64,000 nucleotides of DNA from Patescibacteria group bacterium (GTDB taxonomy: Bacteria > Patescibacteriota > Minisyncoccia > Phycocordibacterales > UBA9973). Shown here in pieces: positions 7,795-16,926 of the stretch. Each line of letters begins with the position of its first letter. Position 1 is the first letter of the stretch. The notes beneath the pieces are model-generated. The model was not told where the DNA came from and ran no database searches. It worked only from the letters and a program-made list of their open reading frames with translations. A program made the position numbers and the translations under genes. The stretch lies in the NCBI GenBank assembly GCA_038061755.1, contig JBBTYN010000002.1, forward strand, positions 79,312-143,311, given 5' to 3'.

Positions 7795-10161
7795 ATGTTT
7801 TACAAACACAACGATAACTACACAGTCGAGAGCGTCACTTCTGGCCATCCGGACAAAATCTGTGACCAGATATCAGATGCTATTTTAGATGCATATTTAA
7901 CTTTGGACCCAAAGAGTCGTGTCGCCGTGGAGACCTTTGGCGGTCATGGCAAGCTTGTAATTGGTGGAGAAGTCACCTCGACAGGAAAAGTGGACTACAT
8001 AAAAATCGCCCGTGATGTTTATCGCAAAATTGGTTACACAGATGAGCTCGAAATCTCTGCACACATCGTCACTCAATCCCCCGACATCGCTCAGGGAGTA
8101 GATACAGGCGGAGCTGGAGACCAAGGATGCCTCAAAAAAGGTACCCTTGTAAGAACTAAAAGAGGGTTAATCGCAATACAAGAAATTGTAAAGGGAGATT
8201 ATGTTGCTACCCCATACGGTTGGCGTAAAGTACTCAGAGCTATGATGACCGGTAGAAAAAAAATTGTAGAAGTAGTTTCCGCCGACGGAATGGCATTAGA
8301 ATGCACACCAGATCACAGAATATTGTGCTACGACCGCGAAGGAGCCACGTATTGGAAAGAAGCAGCTTCATTAGAAAAAGGTGATTTTATGTGTACGCTT
8401 AAACCGCAGGAAATTGATGCTGATTTTTTTGTGCAGTCACAAATCCCTCGTGAAAAATTTTTTAGCAAATACAACCATAAAATTTTCGGGCCAGAAGAAT
8501 TGATTTTTAATCATGACGTCGCCTACATTGCGGGAGAATTAATAGGAGATGGATATGTTGCGAGTCCTTATTTAATGGATTTAGCGTTTGGTAATAATCG
8601 TGAGCACGCCGTTATGGTACAAGATGTTTGTAATAAATTTATGCCAGAACAATGGAGGCTAATCGATAATGGTAGTAATGTATGTCTAAAAATTGATTCC
8701 GTTTTGGTTAGAAAACATTTCGAAAATTTTGGTATTACATATGCGAAAGCGCCCGAAAAAGAAACCCCACGAGCTGTCTTCGTTTCCCCGCCAGAAGTTA
8801 TAAAAGGTTATTTAAGAGGACTTTTTGATAGCGATGGAACTATTATTATAAATACGGGGAGAAAAAAAGAAAACATCAGGATTCGTCTTGGTTCTTCATC
8901 TCTTCGACTATTGCGCGAAACCCAATTATTGTTGCATGATTTTGGAATAAAATCTACAATCATTCTTAACACAGCCAAGGGAATGCCAGTTGGAAAAAAG
9001 GGGAAGTTTGGGAAAATATATTATTCACAGCACCAACACTACGTGCTTTCCTTGGTAGGTTTTGAAAGTTATCAAAAATTCTGCAAAGAAATCAGTTTTA
9101 GTGATAAGAAAAAACAGGAACGTGCCAAGATGTATTTAGAAAAATGTAAAACACAGCCAAAAAATTCACGTGGCGTATACTTAATACCTCACCCCAAAAA
9201 AGACGAACTTATAGAAGAATCAAGACTTGGCTGTGAATTCCCCTTTGCAGTTAGCGTGTTTAAAAACATAGTAGACAGAAAAGAAATTACAGAAGTTTAC
9301 GATCTTGAAATAGAAGGAATACATATGTTTTCAGCAAATGGAATTATAGTTCATAATTCCATGTACGGATTCGCTACGGATGAGACACCTGAATTTTTAC
9401 CCAAGGGCGTAGTCCTCGCACATAAACTCGCAAAACGTTTAGAAGAATTAAGGAACAATGGAGAAATCAAATGGTTACGCCCCGATGGCAAAACACAAGT
9501 CACTTATACGAATGGTGAACTGAATACCGTATTAGTAAGTACGCAACATACACCAGAAGTCACACCAGAAGAAATTAAAAAAGAAATTACTGAAAAAATT
9601 ATTCTGCCTTTACTCACCGACAAGGAAAAAAGTTTGGCCTGTCCCGTTAGAGATCGCGAGGGCTCGCAGCGTGTTCCCAGCTCTAATGGGATAAAGATTC
9701 TGGTAAACCCCACGGGAAAATTTATCCAAGGTGGTTTCGAAGCAGATACAGGATTAACTGGCCGCAAAATAATGGTAGATACTTATGGTGGACTCATCCC
9801 CCACGGCGGTGGATGTTTCTCAGGAAAAGATGCCACAAAGGTGGACCGCTCAGGCGCATATATGGCTCGCTACGTGGCGAAAAGCCTCGTTGCAGGTGGT
9901 TATGGTAAAGAAGTGCTCGTATCTGTAGCCTATGCTATCGGTATGGCTGAACCACTGATGATAGAAGCGATTAACGAAAAAGGGAAAGATTTATCAAAAA
10001 TCGTCCGCCAAAATTTTGATTTTAAACCGCTTGCAATAATAAAAAAACTGAAACTTCAAAAGCCAATCTACGAGCAAACTGCCACCTATGGTCATTTCGG
10101 CAAAAAAAATCTGCCGTGGGAAAAAATTGAAAAGATAAAAACTACTGCTTTTTTTGGCTAG
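7795..10161 (+). CDS. metK: S-adenosylmethionine synthetase interrupted by an intein
   Basis: Exteins have GHPDKICDQISDAILDA, GGAGDQG | SMYGFATDETPE, NPTGKFIQGG, GLTGRKIMVDTYGG and GAYMARYVAKS. A 410-aa insertion separates GDQG from MYGF. Confidence 0.9.
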   Translation: MFYKHNDNYTVESVTSGHPDKICDQISDAILDAYLTLDPKSRVAVETFGGHGKLVIGGEVTSTGKVDYIKIARDVYRKIGYTDELEISAHIVTQSPDIAQGVDTGGAGDQGCLKKGTLVRTKRGLIAIQEIVKGDYVATPYGWRKVLRAMMTGRKKIVEVVSADGMALECTPDHRILCYDREGATYWKEAASLEKGDFMCTLKPQEIDADFFVQSQIPREKFFSKYNHKIFGPEELIFNHDVAYIAGELIGDGYVASPYLMDLAFGNNREHAVMVQDVCNKFMPEQWRLIDNGSNVCLKIDSVLVRKHFENFGITYAKAPEKETPRAVFVSPPEVIKGYLRGLFDSDGTIIINTGRKKENIRIRLGSSSLRLLRETQLLLHDFGIKSTIILNTAKGMPVGKKGKFGKIYYSQHQHYVLSLVGFESYQKFCKEISFSDKKKQERAKMYLEKCKTQPKNSRGVYLIPHPKKDELIEESRLGCEFPFAVSVFKNIVDRKEITEVYDLEIEGIHMFSANGIIVHNSMYGFATDETPEFLPKGVVLAHKLAKRLEELRNNGEIKWLRPDGKTQVTYTNGELNTVLVSTQHTPEVTPEEIKKEITEKIILPLLTDKEKSLACPVRDREGSQRVPSSNGIKILVNPTGKFIQGGFEADTGLTGRKIMVDTYGGLIPHGGGCFSGKDATKVDRSGAYMARYVAKSLVAGGYGKEVLVSVAYAIGMAEPLMIEAINEKGKDLSKIVRQNFDFKPLAIIKKLKLQKPIYEQTATYGHFGKKNLPWEKIEKIKTTAFFG
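8128..9357 (+). mobile_element. Intein with LAGLIDADG homing-endonuclease domain, inserted in metK after the GAGDQG motif
   Basis: It begins with Cys (CLKKGTLV...) and ends ...GIIVHN, followed by Ser. The two LAGLIDADG motifs are YIAGELIGDGYV and LRGLFDSDGTII. Length is 1230 nt (410 aa), and the flanking extein sequence is contiguous MetK. Confidence 0.8.
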
Positions 10162-10996
10162 AAGAAAGGCGTAAGATAATTTCATGTGCAGCGTTTTGTG
10201 AATTGGTAATAACAATAGAATTATCATCTGCAAAGATATACATCATTACTATATTCCCATTTTTATCATAAAGAATACGAGCATTTTTGTTTTCAATAAA
10301 ACCATCTTGAAAATCTTTTGTTAAGAGAAAATTAGTATCAGCTGAAATATTTATTCCAAAAAATCCACTTAAGTCAGAAAACATTTTTCCTTCCCATACA
10401 GAAAGAGCACTAAAAATATCAGTAGCTGAACGCACCTTAAGCAAAATAAACAAGTTCTTAGATTCAGTGTTATTCACAAATCCAAGTAAAAAATTATCCT
10501 GAACAAAAAGTGTATTATCACCTGGAATAAAATTACTCTTAATTAAAGAAATAAATCGTCTAAGTCCTATAATTTGTTTATTTTCTATAAGATAAATTCC
10601 TTCTACGCCTCCCACTTTTACCTTAGTAGTATTAATTTCATTTAAAACAGTCTGTATTATTTCTTCTTTCTTTAGTCCAAAAATTTCTAAAAAGATGCTT
10701 TGATCGTTAAGAATTAACGGAATAAACTGATTTTCAACTAGCGTGATATTATTTTCTTTTTTAAGAAGGAAAAAAAATAAAATTATTGAGGCAAAAAATA
10801 TTAGTAAAAAACTGGCAAATATAAAAAGTTTATTTTTTTTTGAATCAAAGGACAAATTTTCCTTCTCCTCTTCATGTTTTTCTTCCCCATGAATTATTTT
10901 TTTAATTAAACCCGCTTTATCATTTTCAAGTACCTCAGCCATATCCCTAGCATAAGTTTCCACAATTTTATGTTCTATTTTTTTATCTTTTTCCAT
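10142..10996 (-). CDS. Hypothetical single-pass membrane protein
   Basis: TM segment LFIFASFLLIFFASIILFFFLL. The start is taken at the internal Met (MEKDKKIEHK) to abut the pnp stop. No family recognised. Confidence 0.5.
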   Translation of the reverse strand: MEKDKKIEHKIVETYARDMAEVLENDKAGLIKKIIHGEEKHEEEKENLSFDSKKNKLFIFASFLLIFFASIILFFFLLKKENNITLVENQFIPLILNDQSIFLEIFGLKKEEIIQTVLNEINTTKVKVGGVEGIYLIENKQIIGLRRFISLIKSNFIPGDNTLFVQDNFLLGFVNNTESKNLFILLKVRSATDIFSALSVWEGKMFSDLSGFFGINISADTNFLLTKDFQDGFIENKNARILYDKNGNIVMMYIFADDNSIVITNSQNAAHEIILRLSSSQKKQ

Positions 10997-13100
10997 TGAA
11001 AAAATCTTTATCTGCTTCTTTGATAGATAAACTAATTTTCCCTCTTTCTTTATCAACACTGATAACTTTGACTGGCACTATTGTGCCTTCCTTTATTATA
11101 TCTAATATTTTATCTACACGAAATGGCGCCATTTCGGAAATATGCACCATCCCATCAGTAAAAGGATTAAGAGCCACAAAAACTCCAAAATCAGCAATCT
11201 TTACAACCTCTCCTTTTAATATTTCTCCCACCTTGAATTCATGCGTCATTTCTTCGATAATCTCTTTAGCTTTTTTCGCTGACCCATCTTTTCCAGTCAG
11301 ATACACTGTCCCATCATCTTCAATGGTTATTTCTGCGCCAGATTTTTCCTTAATTTCTTTAATTGTTTTTCCTCCACCACCGATAACCATGCCAATTTTT
11401 TCAGGATTAATTTTAATAATTAAAATTTCTGGCGCATTTGGAGAAATATTTGCGCGAGGTTTTGAAATTTCTTTTTCAATTCTATCAATAATAGCTACTC
11501 GCGCATTTTTAGACTGCCTCATTGCTTCACCTAATATTTTTATCGGCACACCTTCTACTTTTACATCTAGCTGGATAGCTGTTACCCCCTCTCTTGTTCC
11601 TGCAATTTTAAAATCCATATCACCATAGTGATCTTCAGGCCCTTGAATATCTGTCAGAATTTTATACTTACTATCTGACTCATACATTAATCCCATAGCA
11701 ATGCCAGCGACTGGAGCCAAAATCGGCACTCCTCCATCCATCAATGCAAGAACTGAAGCGCAAATCGAAGCTTGAGAGGTTGAACCATTTGAGGCCATTG
11801 ATTCAGAAACTAAACGCATTGTATATGGAAATTCAGAAACTGGAGGCAATACCATTGCAAGCGCTTTTTCAGCGAGCGCTCCATGACCGATTTCTCGGCG
11901 ATTAGTAAAACCTGTTCTTCCTACCTCCCCTGAAGAGTATGGTGGAAAATTATAATGATGCATAAATCTTTTCTCTACTTTTAATTGTAAACCATCAACT
12001 AAATTTCTATCTTCTGGTCCTCCTAAAGTTAAAACAGAAAGTACATGTGTTCCCCCACGATAAAAAATTCCTGAACCATGAAGTTGTGATGAAATACCTC
12101 CCGCTTGCGCATATAAGTCACGAAGCTCATCCATCGCTCTTCCGTCTGCGCGCTTATTTTCTTCTATTGCTTTTTTATGTAAGATTTCATTTTCAGTATC
12201 ATCAAATAAATTATCTTCCAAACTAAAATCTTCTCGAAGTGGATTTTTTTCTCGTATTAAATTATTCCAAATAGTGTGCAATGCATCTATCTTTTCTTTT
12301 CCAGCTCCAGCAAATAGAGCATCTTCCATCTTAGGTAAAATATTTTCATTAAATAAAACTATTGACTCTTCTGCTATTTTTTCTTTTTCTATTATTCTCT
12401 TTTCTTTGCCAATTTCTTTAACAATATTTTTTTGAAAATTTTCCAATTTTGCTATATCAAAACTAGCTTTTTGTAAAGCAAGTTCTAATTCTTCTTCTTT
12501 ACTTTGACGCGCAGAAGCTTCAATCATATTTATATTTCCGTCTTTACCACAAACAGTTAAGTCAAATTTATATTGTGTGTCCTCATTTAGACGCAAATTT
12601 TGTGGCGGATTAATTTTAAGGTCATCGTTGTCATACTTACCAATACGTACACAACCGATAGGACCATTCCATGGAATATTTGAAACAGATAGAGCGAGCG
12701 AAGCCGCGTTCACCGCTAAAATTGTCGGATCATTATCATCTACTGAAAGCACAGTCACAATGACTTGCACTGCATGACGCATTGATTGATCAAAAAGGGG
12801 TCGAAGGGTGCGGTCTATAACTCGACAAGCCAATATCGCTTCTTCAGAGGGTTTCCCTTCTCGACGAACAAAACGAGAACCTAAGATTTTTCCAGCCGCA
12901 TAAAATTTTTCTACATAGTCAACAGTCAAATTAAAAAATCCCAAGCCTTGTTGTTTGTCATGGGACATACAAACAGTAGCGAGGACAATGGTCTCTCCAT
13001 ATTTTAATATTACTGAACCGTGCGCCTGTTCTGCTAAATCAGTAAAAATAGCAGTTAATATTTTTCCTCCAATCTCTACACTATATTCTTTTTTTTGCAT
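10983..13100 (-). CDS. pnp: Polynucleotide phosphorylase
   Basis: Two RNase PH domains and C-terminal KH and S1 domains; typical length and N-terminus (MQKKEYSVEIGGK...). Confidence 0.9.
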   Translation of the reverse strand: MQKKEYSVEIGGKILTAIFTDLAEQAHGSVILKYGETIVLATVCMSHDKQQGLGFFNLTVDYVEKFYAAGKILGSRFVRREGKPSEEAILACRVIDRTLRPLFDQSMRHAVQVIVTVLSVDDNDPTILAVNAASLALSVSNIPWNGPIGCVRIGKYDNDDLKINPPQNLRLNEDTQYKFDLTVCGKDGNINMIEASARQSKEEELELALQKASFDIAKLENFQKNIVKEIGKEKRIIEKEKIAEESIVLFNENILPKMEDALFAGAGKEKIDALHTIWNNLIREKNPLREDFSLEDNLFDDTENEILHKKAIEENKRADGRAMDELRDLYAQAGGISSQLHGSGIFYRGGTHVLSVLTLGGPEDRNLVDGLQLKVEKRFMHHYNFPPYSSGEVGRTGFTNRREIGHGALAEKALAMVLPPVSEFPYTMRLVSESMASNGSTSQASICASVLALMDGGVPILAPVAGIAMGLMYESDSKYKILTDIQGPEDHYGDMDFKIAGTREGVTAIQLDVKVEGVPIKILGEAMRQSKNARVAIIDRIEKEISKPRANISPNAPEILIIKINPEKIGMVIGGGGKTIKEIKEKSGAEITIEDDGTVYLTGKDGSAKKAKEIIEEMTHEFKVGEILKGEVVKIADFGVFVALNPFTDGMVHISEMAPFRVDKILDIIKEGTIVPVKVISVDKERGKISLSIKEADKDFFNGKR

Positions 13101-13137
13101 CTGTATAGATTAGCATTTTTATTCCAAAAAGCAAAAA

Positions 13138-13647
13138 TTATTTAGAACTCATTAAATATTTTCTTGGATTTTCAGACAAGTCCACAAAATCATCTACCAC
13201 TTCACGAAGTTTACTGGAAGTTGATTTACCAAATGAAACTACTTCCACTTGCACGCCAATAGTCTGTAGATATTCTACGAGCGGGATAAAATCTCCATCA
13301 CCAGAAATTATCACGACAGAATCAAGACGAGGTGACATTTTTATAGCATCAACAGCAAGCCCCACATCCCAATCTGCTTTCTTTGCTCCACCAGCAAATA
13401 CTTGTAAATCTTTTGTTTTGGTTTCAATGCCAAGTTTAGATAATGCTTCAAAAAAATTCTTTTCATCTCCTGCCTCTGTGGTGATAACATAAGCAACAGC
13501 CCGCACGAGCTTTCGCCCAGCTACTGCATCTTTTAAAACTGCGCCAAAATTAACTCGCGCTTGATATAAATTTCGAGCGCTATGATATAAATTTTGAGTA
13601 TCAATAAAAACCCCAACTCTCTGTTCTTTATGTTTTATAACTGTCAT
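13138..13647 (-). CDS. NYN-domain (LabA-like) protein, predicted RNase
   Basis: VGVFIDTQNLYHSAR...VVIISGDGDFIPLVEYLQTIGVQVEVVSF matches the NYN / PIN-like motifs. It sits between rpsO and pnp. Confidence 0.8.
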   Translation of the reverse strand: MTVIKHKEQRVGVFIDTQNLYHSARNLYQARVNFGAVLKDAVAGRKLVRAVAYVITTEAGDEKNFFEALSKLGIETKTKDLQVFAGGAKKADWDVGLAVDAIKMSPRLDSVVIISGDGDFIPLVEYLQTIGVQVEVVSFGKSTSSKLREVVDDFVDLSENPRKYLMSSK

Positions 13648-13674
13648 GTGTTAATTATAACAAAAATAAAAAGC

Positions 13675-13944
13675 TTACACGAGCTCCATCTTTTTCATCA
13701 AAGCAGTATAACGAGGCTTGCTTTTACGTTCCAAATATTTCAAATGAGTACGTCTGTCAGCAACCATCTTAATTAACCCTCGACGAGAATGATTGTCTTT
13801 TTTGTGCTTCTTTAAATGTTTTGCTAATTCAGAAATCTGAGTAGATAAAACAGCCACCTGCACCTCTGAAGAACCTGTATCTTTATCATGTACCTGATTT
13901 TTCTTTATAACTGCTTGCTTTTTCTTGGTAGTTAACATATTCAC
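13675..13944 (-). CDS. rpsO: 30S ribosomal protein S15
   Basis: 89 aa with [28 protein letters not shown]...RYTALMKKM, the S15 signature. Confidence 0.9.
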   Translation of the reverse strand: MNMLTTKKKQAVIKKNQVHDKDTGSSEVQVAVLSTQISELAKHLKKHKKDNHSRRGLIKMVADRRTHLKYLERKSKPRYTALMKKMELV

Positions 13945-14019
13945 AATATTAACACAAAACTGCTATAATTGCAATATGTCATCTTTAAAACAGTTAAATA
14001 CTCAAATTTTAATACCGAA

Positions 14020-14790
14020 ATGAAAATAATTTCTTGGAATACAAATGGATTACGGGCAACGGCAAAACAAGGGTTCTTTACTCCCCTATTCCAAAAATAC
14101 AAGCCTGATATTTTATGCTTACAGGAAACAAAAGCTACCCCAGAACAGTTGCTTGAAGAAGTGCGAAATTTTTCTGGATATTACTCTTACTTTTCACATC
14201 CAAAAATCAAAAAAGGATATAGCGGTGTAGCTATTTATACTAAAGAAAAACCAAGAGAAGTTTTTTATGGTATGGGCATCAAAGCATTGGACGATGAAGG
14301 AAGATTGCTAGGCATAAAATTAAAAAATTTCACCATAATCACCGGCTACTTTCCAAATGGTGGTCAGGGACCACACCGATTAAAATACAAACTGGAATTT
14401 TACGAAGCTTTTCTGAAATTTATCCTAAAACTACGAAGAGATGACGAAAATGTAATTTTCTGCGGAGATATAAACACTGCTCACAATCCCATAGACCTCG
14501 CCAGACCAAAAGCAAATGAAGAAAATACTGGCTTCTTGCCCATAGAACGCGCCTGGATTGATAAAGTAATAAAAAATAAATTTATTGATGTGTTTAGAAA
14601 ATTCTATCCAGAAAAAACAGGTGCCTATACATATTGGGATATAAAAACTCGCGCTCGAGATCGCAATGTCGGTTGGCGCCTTGATTATTTTTTTGCCGAT
14701 GAAAAAATAGTGCCAAAAATAAAGACCACTGGAATGCTAAATGATTATCTGGGCTCAGACCATTGTCCGCTGTGGATTACTTTGAGCTAG
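14020..14790 (+). CDS. xth: Exodeoxyribonuclease III (AP endonuclease)
   Basis: MKIISWNTNGLRA...ILCLQETK...GDINTAHNPIDL...GWRLDYFF...SDHCPLWI. The likely start is the internal Met at 14020. Confidence 0.85.
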   Translation: MKIISWNTNGLRATAKQGFFTPLFQKYKPDILCLQETKATPEQLLEEVRNFSGYYSYFSHPKIKKGYSGVAIYTKEKPREVFYGMGIKALDDEGRLLGIKLKNFTIITGYFPNGGQGPHRLKYKLEFYEAFLKFILKLRRDDENVIFCGDINTAHNPIDLARPKANEENTGFLPIERAWIDKVIKNKFIDVFRKFYPEKTGAYTYWDIKTRARDRNVGWRLDYFFADEKIVPKIKTTGMLNDYLGSDHCPLWITLS

Positions 14791-14818
14791 AAATATAATT
14801 TCGTGCTATTATTTTTAT

Positions 14819-15481
14819 ATGAACCACAGTAGATTAGATCAGCTTTCCGATGGCATCTTTGCCATCGTTATGACAATTCTTGTTTTTGAAATTAAAATAC
14901 CAGCTCTCTGGGGGCCGATAGACAATTTGGGTCTTTGGCTTCAAATTGAAAAATTATTTCCATTACTCTTAAGTTATGTTTTAAGCTTTGCCCTGCTCTT
15001 TACCTATTGGCGAGCACACCATTTTTTTATTTCTATATATGCAAAAAACATAGACTCCATGCTTACCAACATTAATGCATTATTTTTTATGTTTATAAGC
15101 TTAATACCTTTCTCCGCTAGTATCCTTGGACAATATAATAAAAACGAATTAGCTGTTATTATTTTTAGTATTCACACAAGCCTAATCAGTCTCACACTAT
15201 ACTGGATGCGTAGATATGTTTTATTTTCTCCGCATATAAAAAATCCAGAAATTAGTAAAAGAGAAATTCGTGGTAGCACGATTCGCACCTTAGTGCCTGT
15301 ATTTTTTGCTCTTATTGCTATTCCGCTTTGCTTTTTCAGCATAAAGCTCGCTCTTACCCTGCTTACCCTAGTAGTTATTTTCAATCTATCTTCTTACAGT
15401 ACTGTTCTTTTTGAAAATATTCTAAAAAAACTCCATCAGCTTTTATTTGGCGCTGACACCAAGGGTCATTTTGCAGACTAA
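14819..15481 (+). CDS. DUF1211 / TMEM175-like potassium-channel-family membrane protein
   Basis: N-terminal RLDQLSDGIFAIVMTILVFEI motif and about 6 TM helices in 220 aa. Confidence 0.7.
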   Translation: MNHSRLDQLSDGIFAIVMTILVFEIKIPALWGPIDNLGLWLQIEKLFPLLLSYVLSFALLFTYWRAHHFFISIYAKNIDSMLTNINALFFMFISLIPFSASILGQYNKNELAVIIFSIHTSLISLTLYWMRRYVLFSPHIKNPEISKREIRGSTIRTLVPVFFALIAIPLCFFSIKLALTLLTLVVIFNLSSYSTVLFENILKKLHQLLFGADTKGHFAD

Positions 15482-15525
15482 AAAAGTTATGCAAAAACTT
15501 GCTACCAACAAGAAATATATTAATT

Positions 15526-16875
15526 TTATTTATGCGCATCTTGAATCTCTTCGTAAAGAGATTCATCTACCCACTTAAATTCGTGCCAACGTTGATATAC
15601 TGAATCAGCTATATATATGTATGTTCCATTTTTTTTTCTTTTTTTAACAATAGGCGCACCAGGTTTTTCTATTAAATCATATTTAATTTCCTTTAGACTT
15701 ATTCCTGATTTAACATGGGCATCACTAATAAATTTTTCAAATACACTTTCAGGACACCCGCCGTCTAGGCGCGTACGTGCAGTAATAAGTTTTACCACGT
15801 CATATTTATCATGATGCATCTCTCCTTCTTCATTTTTATTATCTAGATCCACAAGTTGAATTTCAAATTGCCCACCATGAGAAGAAGAATGTAATTTACC
15901 AATTATAAACAATGCTTCAAACTTTCCTCCAGATAAAGGATTCGGCTTTTCATTACTCAATAATGCTTTAAGGTTCTCAGAAAATTTTTTTATTTGTTGT
16001 GTTGAAAAAAAAGATTTATTTTCAATTTTTATATCCATCGCTTTCATTTTTTTAGTAAGCCATTCATATAAAATCGGTAACAATTTTATTGCTTGATTTT
16101 TATCAATAGTTATTCTAGATGCTATACCATCTTTCAAGGCAGTCTTCGCATCTGATTCTGGTCTAGAAAGAAAACGAAGTATTAATTTTTCAAAATCTTT
16201 TGGACGCGAATTAATAATACCTTCAAGGTTACTATCGTCTATAGCACGAAATCTCTTTCCCACTGCGTTATATTCACCAGAAAAAACAAAAGGGGTATCT
16301 GTTGAAGCACCATTTTCTGATGGAGAAGAAACAAGAGCCCCTTCAAAGTCTTCAGTAATTTTTTTTAGTAATTTACTATCATTCTTCAATGCTTCATAGG
16401 TTGCTATTGTTGTTTTAACTAAACGACAATATTTTATTGACTTACTCAAGCCACCCTTATCTGCAACCAACTTCACTCTTTTAAGAATATCAAAAATATC
16501 TTTTTTTGATGAGATAGATTGTACTTCTATAAACAATTCTGCTTCTGGATATTTTAATGTATCTCTCAAAAAATTCTTTGCTGCTTGATAAGCATAGTTT
16601 AAAAGATGATACTTTTTAGCTGATTCCTGTGAATTTCCGTTTTCTAAAATAATTTCAGGCTTAATTCCCATTTCTTTTTTAATCCATTGAAGAAAATCTT
16701 CCTCTGTTGAATCAGGACGAAGTCCTTGAAAATCAATAGATGTTGGCCTGTGTTCTGAGCTAACAATATCTAATTTCCCCTCCAATAAAGATTTCATCGC
16801 AGTAAATTTTTTTTCTGTAACATCTGGATCTTCGTATGGAGGGAATATTTTTTTTTCTGGAATACCTTCTTTCAT
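15526..16875 (-). CDS. Hypothetical protein (449 aa); the C-terminal third has a weak RelA/SpoT-synthetase-like nucleotidyltransferase resemblance
   Basis: No clear family. The segment GGKFEALFIIGKLHSSSHGGQFEIQLVDLD...EMHHDKYD loosely resembles the NGYQSLHT...EIQIRT...H..YK alarmone-synthetase motifs. The match is tentative. Confidence 0.45.
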   Translation of the reverse strand: MKEGIPEKKIFPPYEDPDVTEKKFTAMKSLLEGKLDIVSSEHRPTSIDFQGLRPDSTEEDFLQWIKKEMGIKPEIILENGNSQESAKKYHLLNYAYQAAKNFLRDTLKYPEAELFIEVQSISSKKDIFDILKRVKLVADKGGLSKSIKYCRLVKTTIATYEALKNDSKLLKKITEDFEGALVSSPSENGASTDTPFVFSGEYNAVGKRFRAIDDSNLEGIINSRPKDFEKLILRFLSRPESDAKTALKDGIASRITIDKNQAIKLLPILYEWLTKKMKAMDIKIENKSFFSTQQIKKFSENLKALLSNEKPNPLSGGKFEALFIIGKLHSSSHGGQFEIQLVDLDNKNEEGEMHHDKYDVVKLITARTRLDGGCPESVFEKFISDAHVKSGISLKEIKYDLIEKPGAPIVKKRKKNGTYIYIADSVYQRWHEFKWVDESLYEEIQDAHK

Positions 16876-16926
16876 ATATGTTTTATTATAATTTTAATCT
16901 TCCAAACTAACAAGTTTTTTCTTTAC

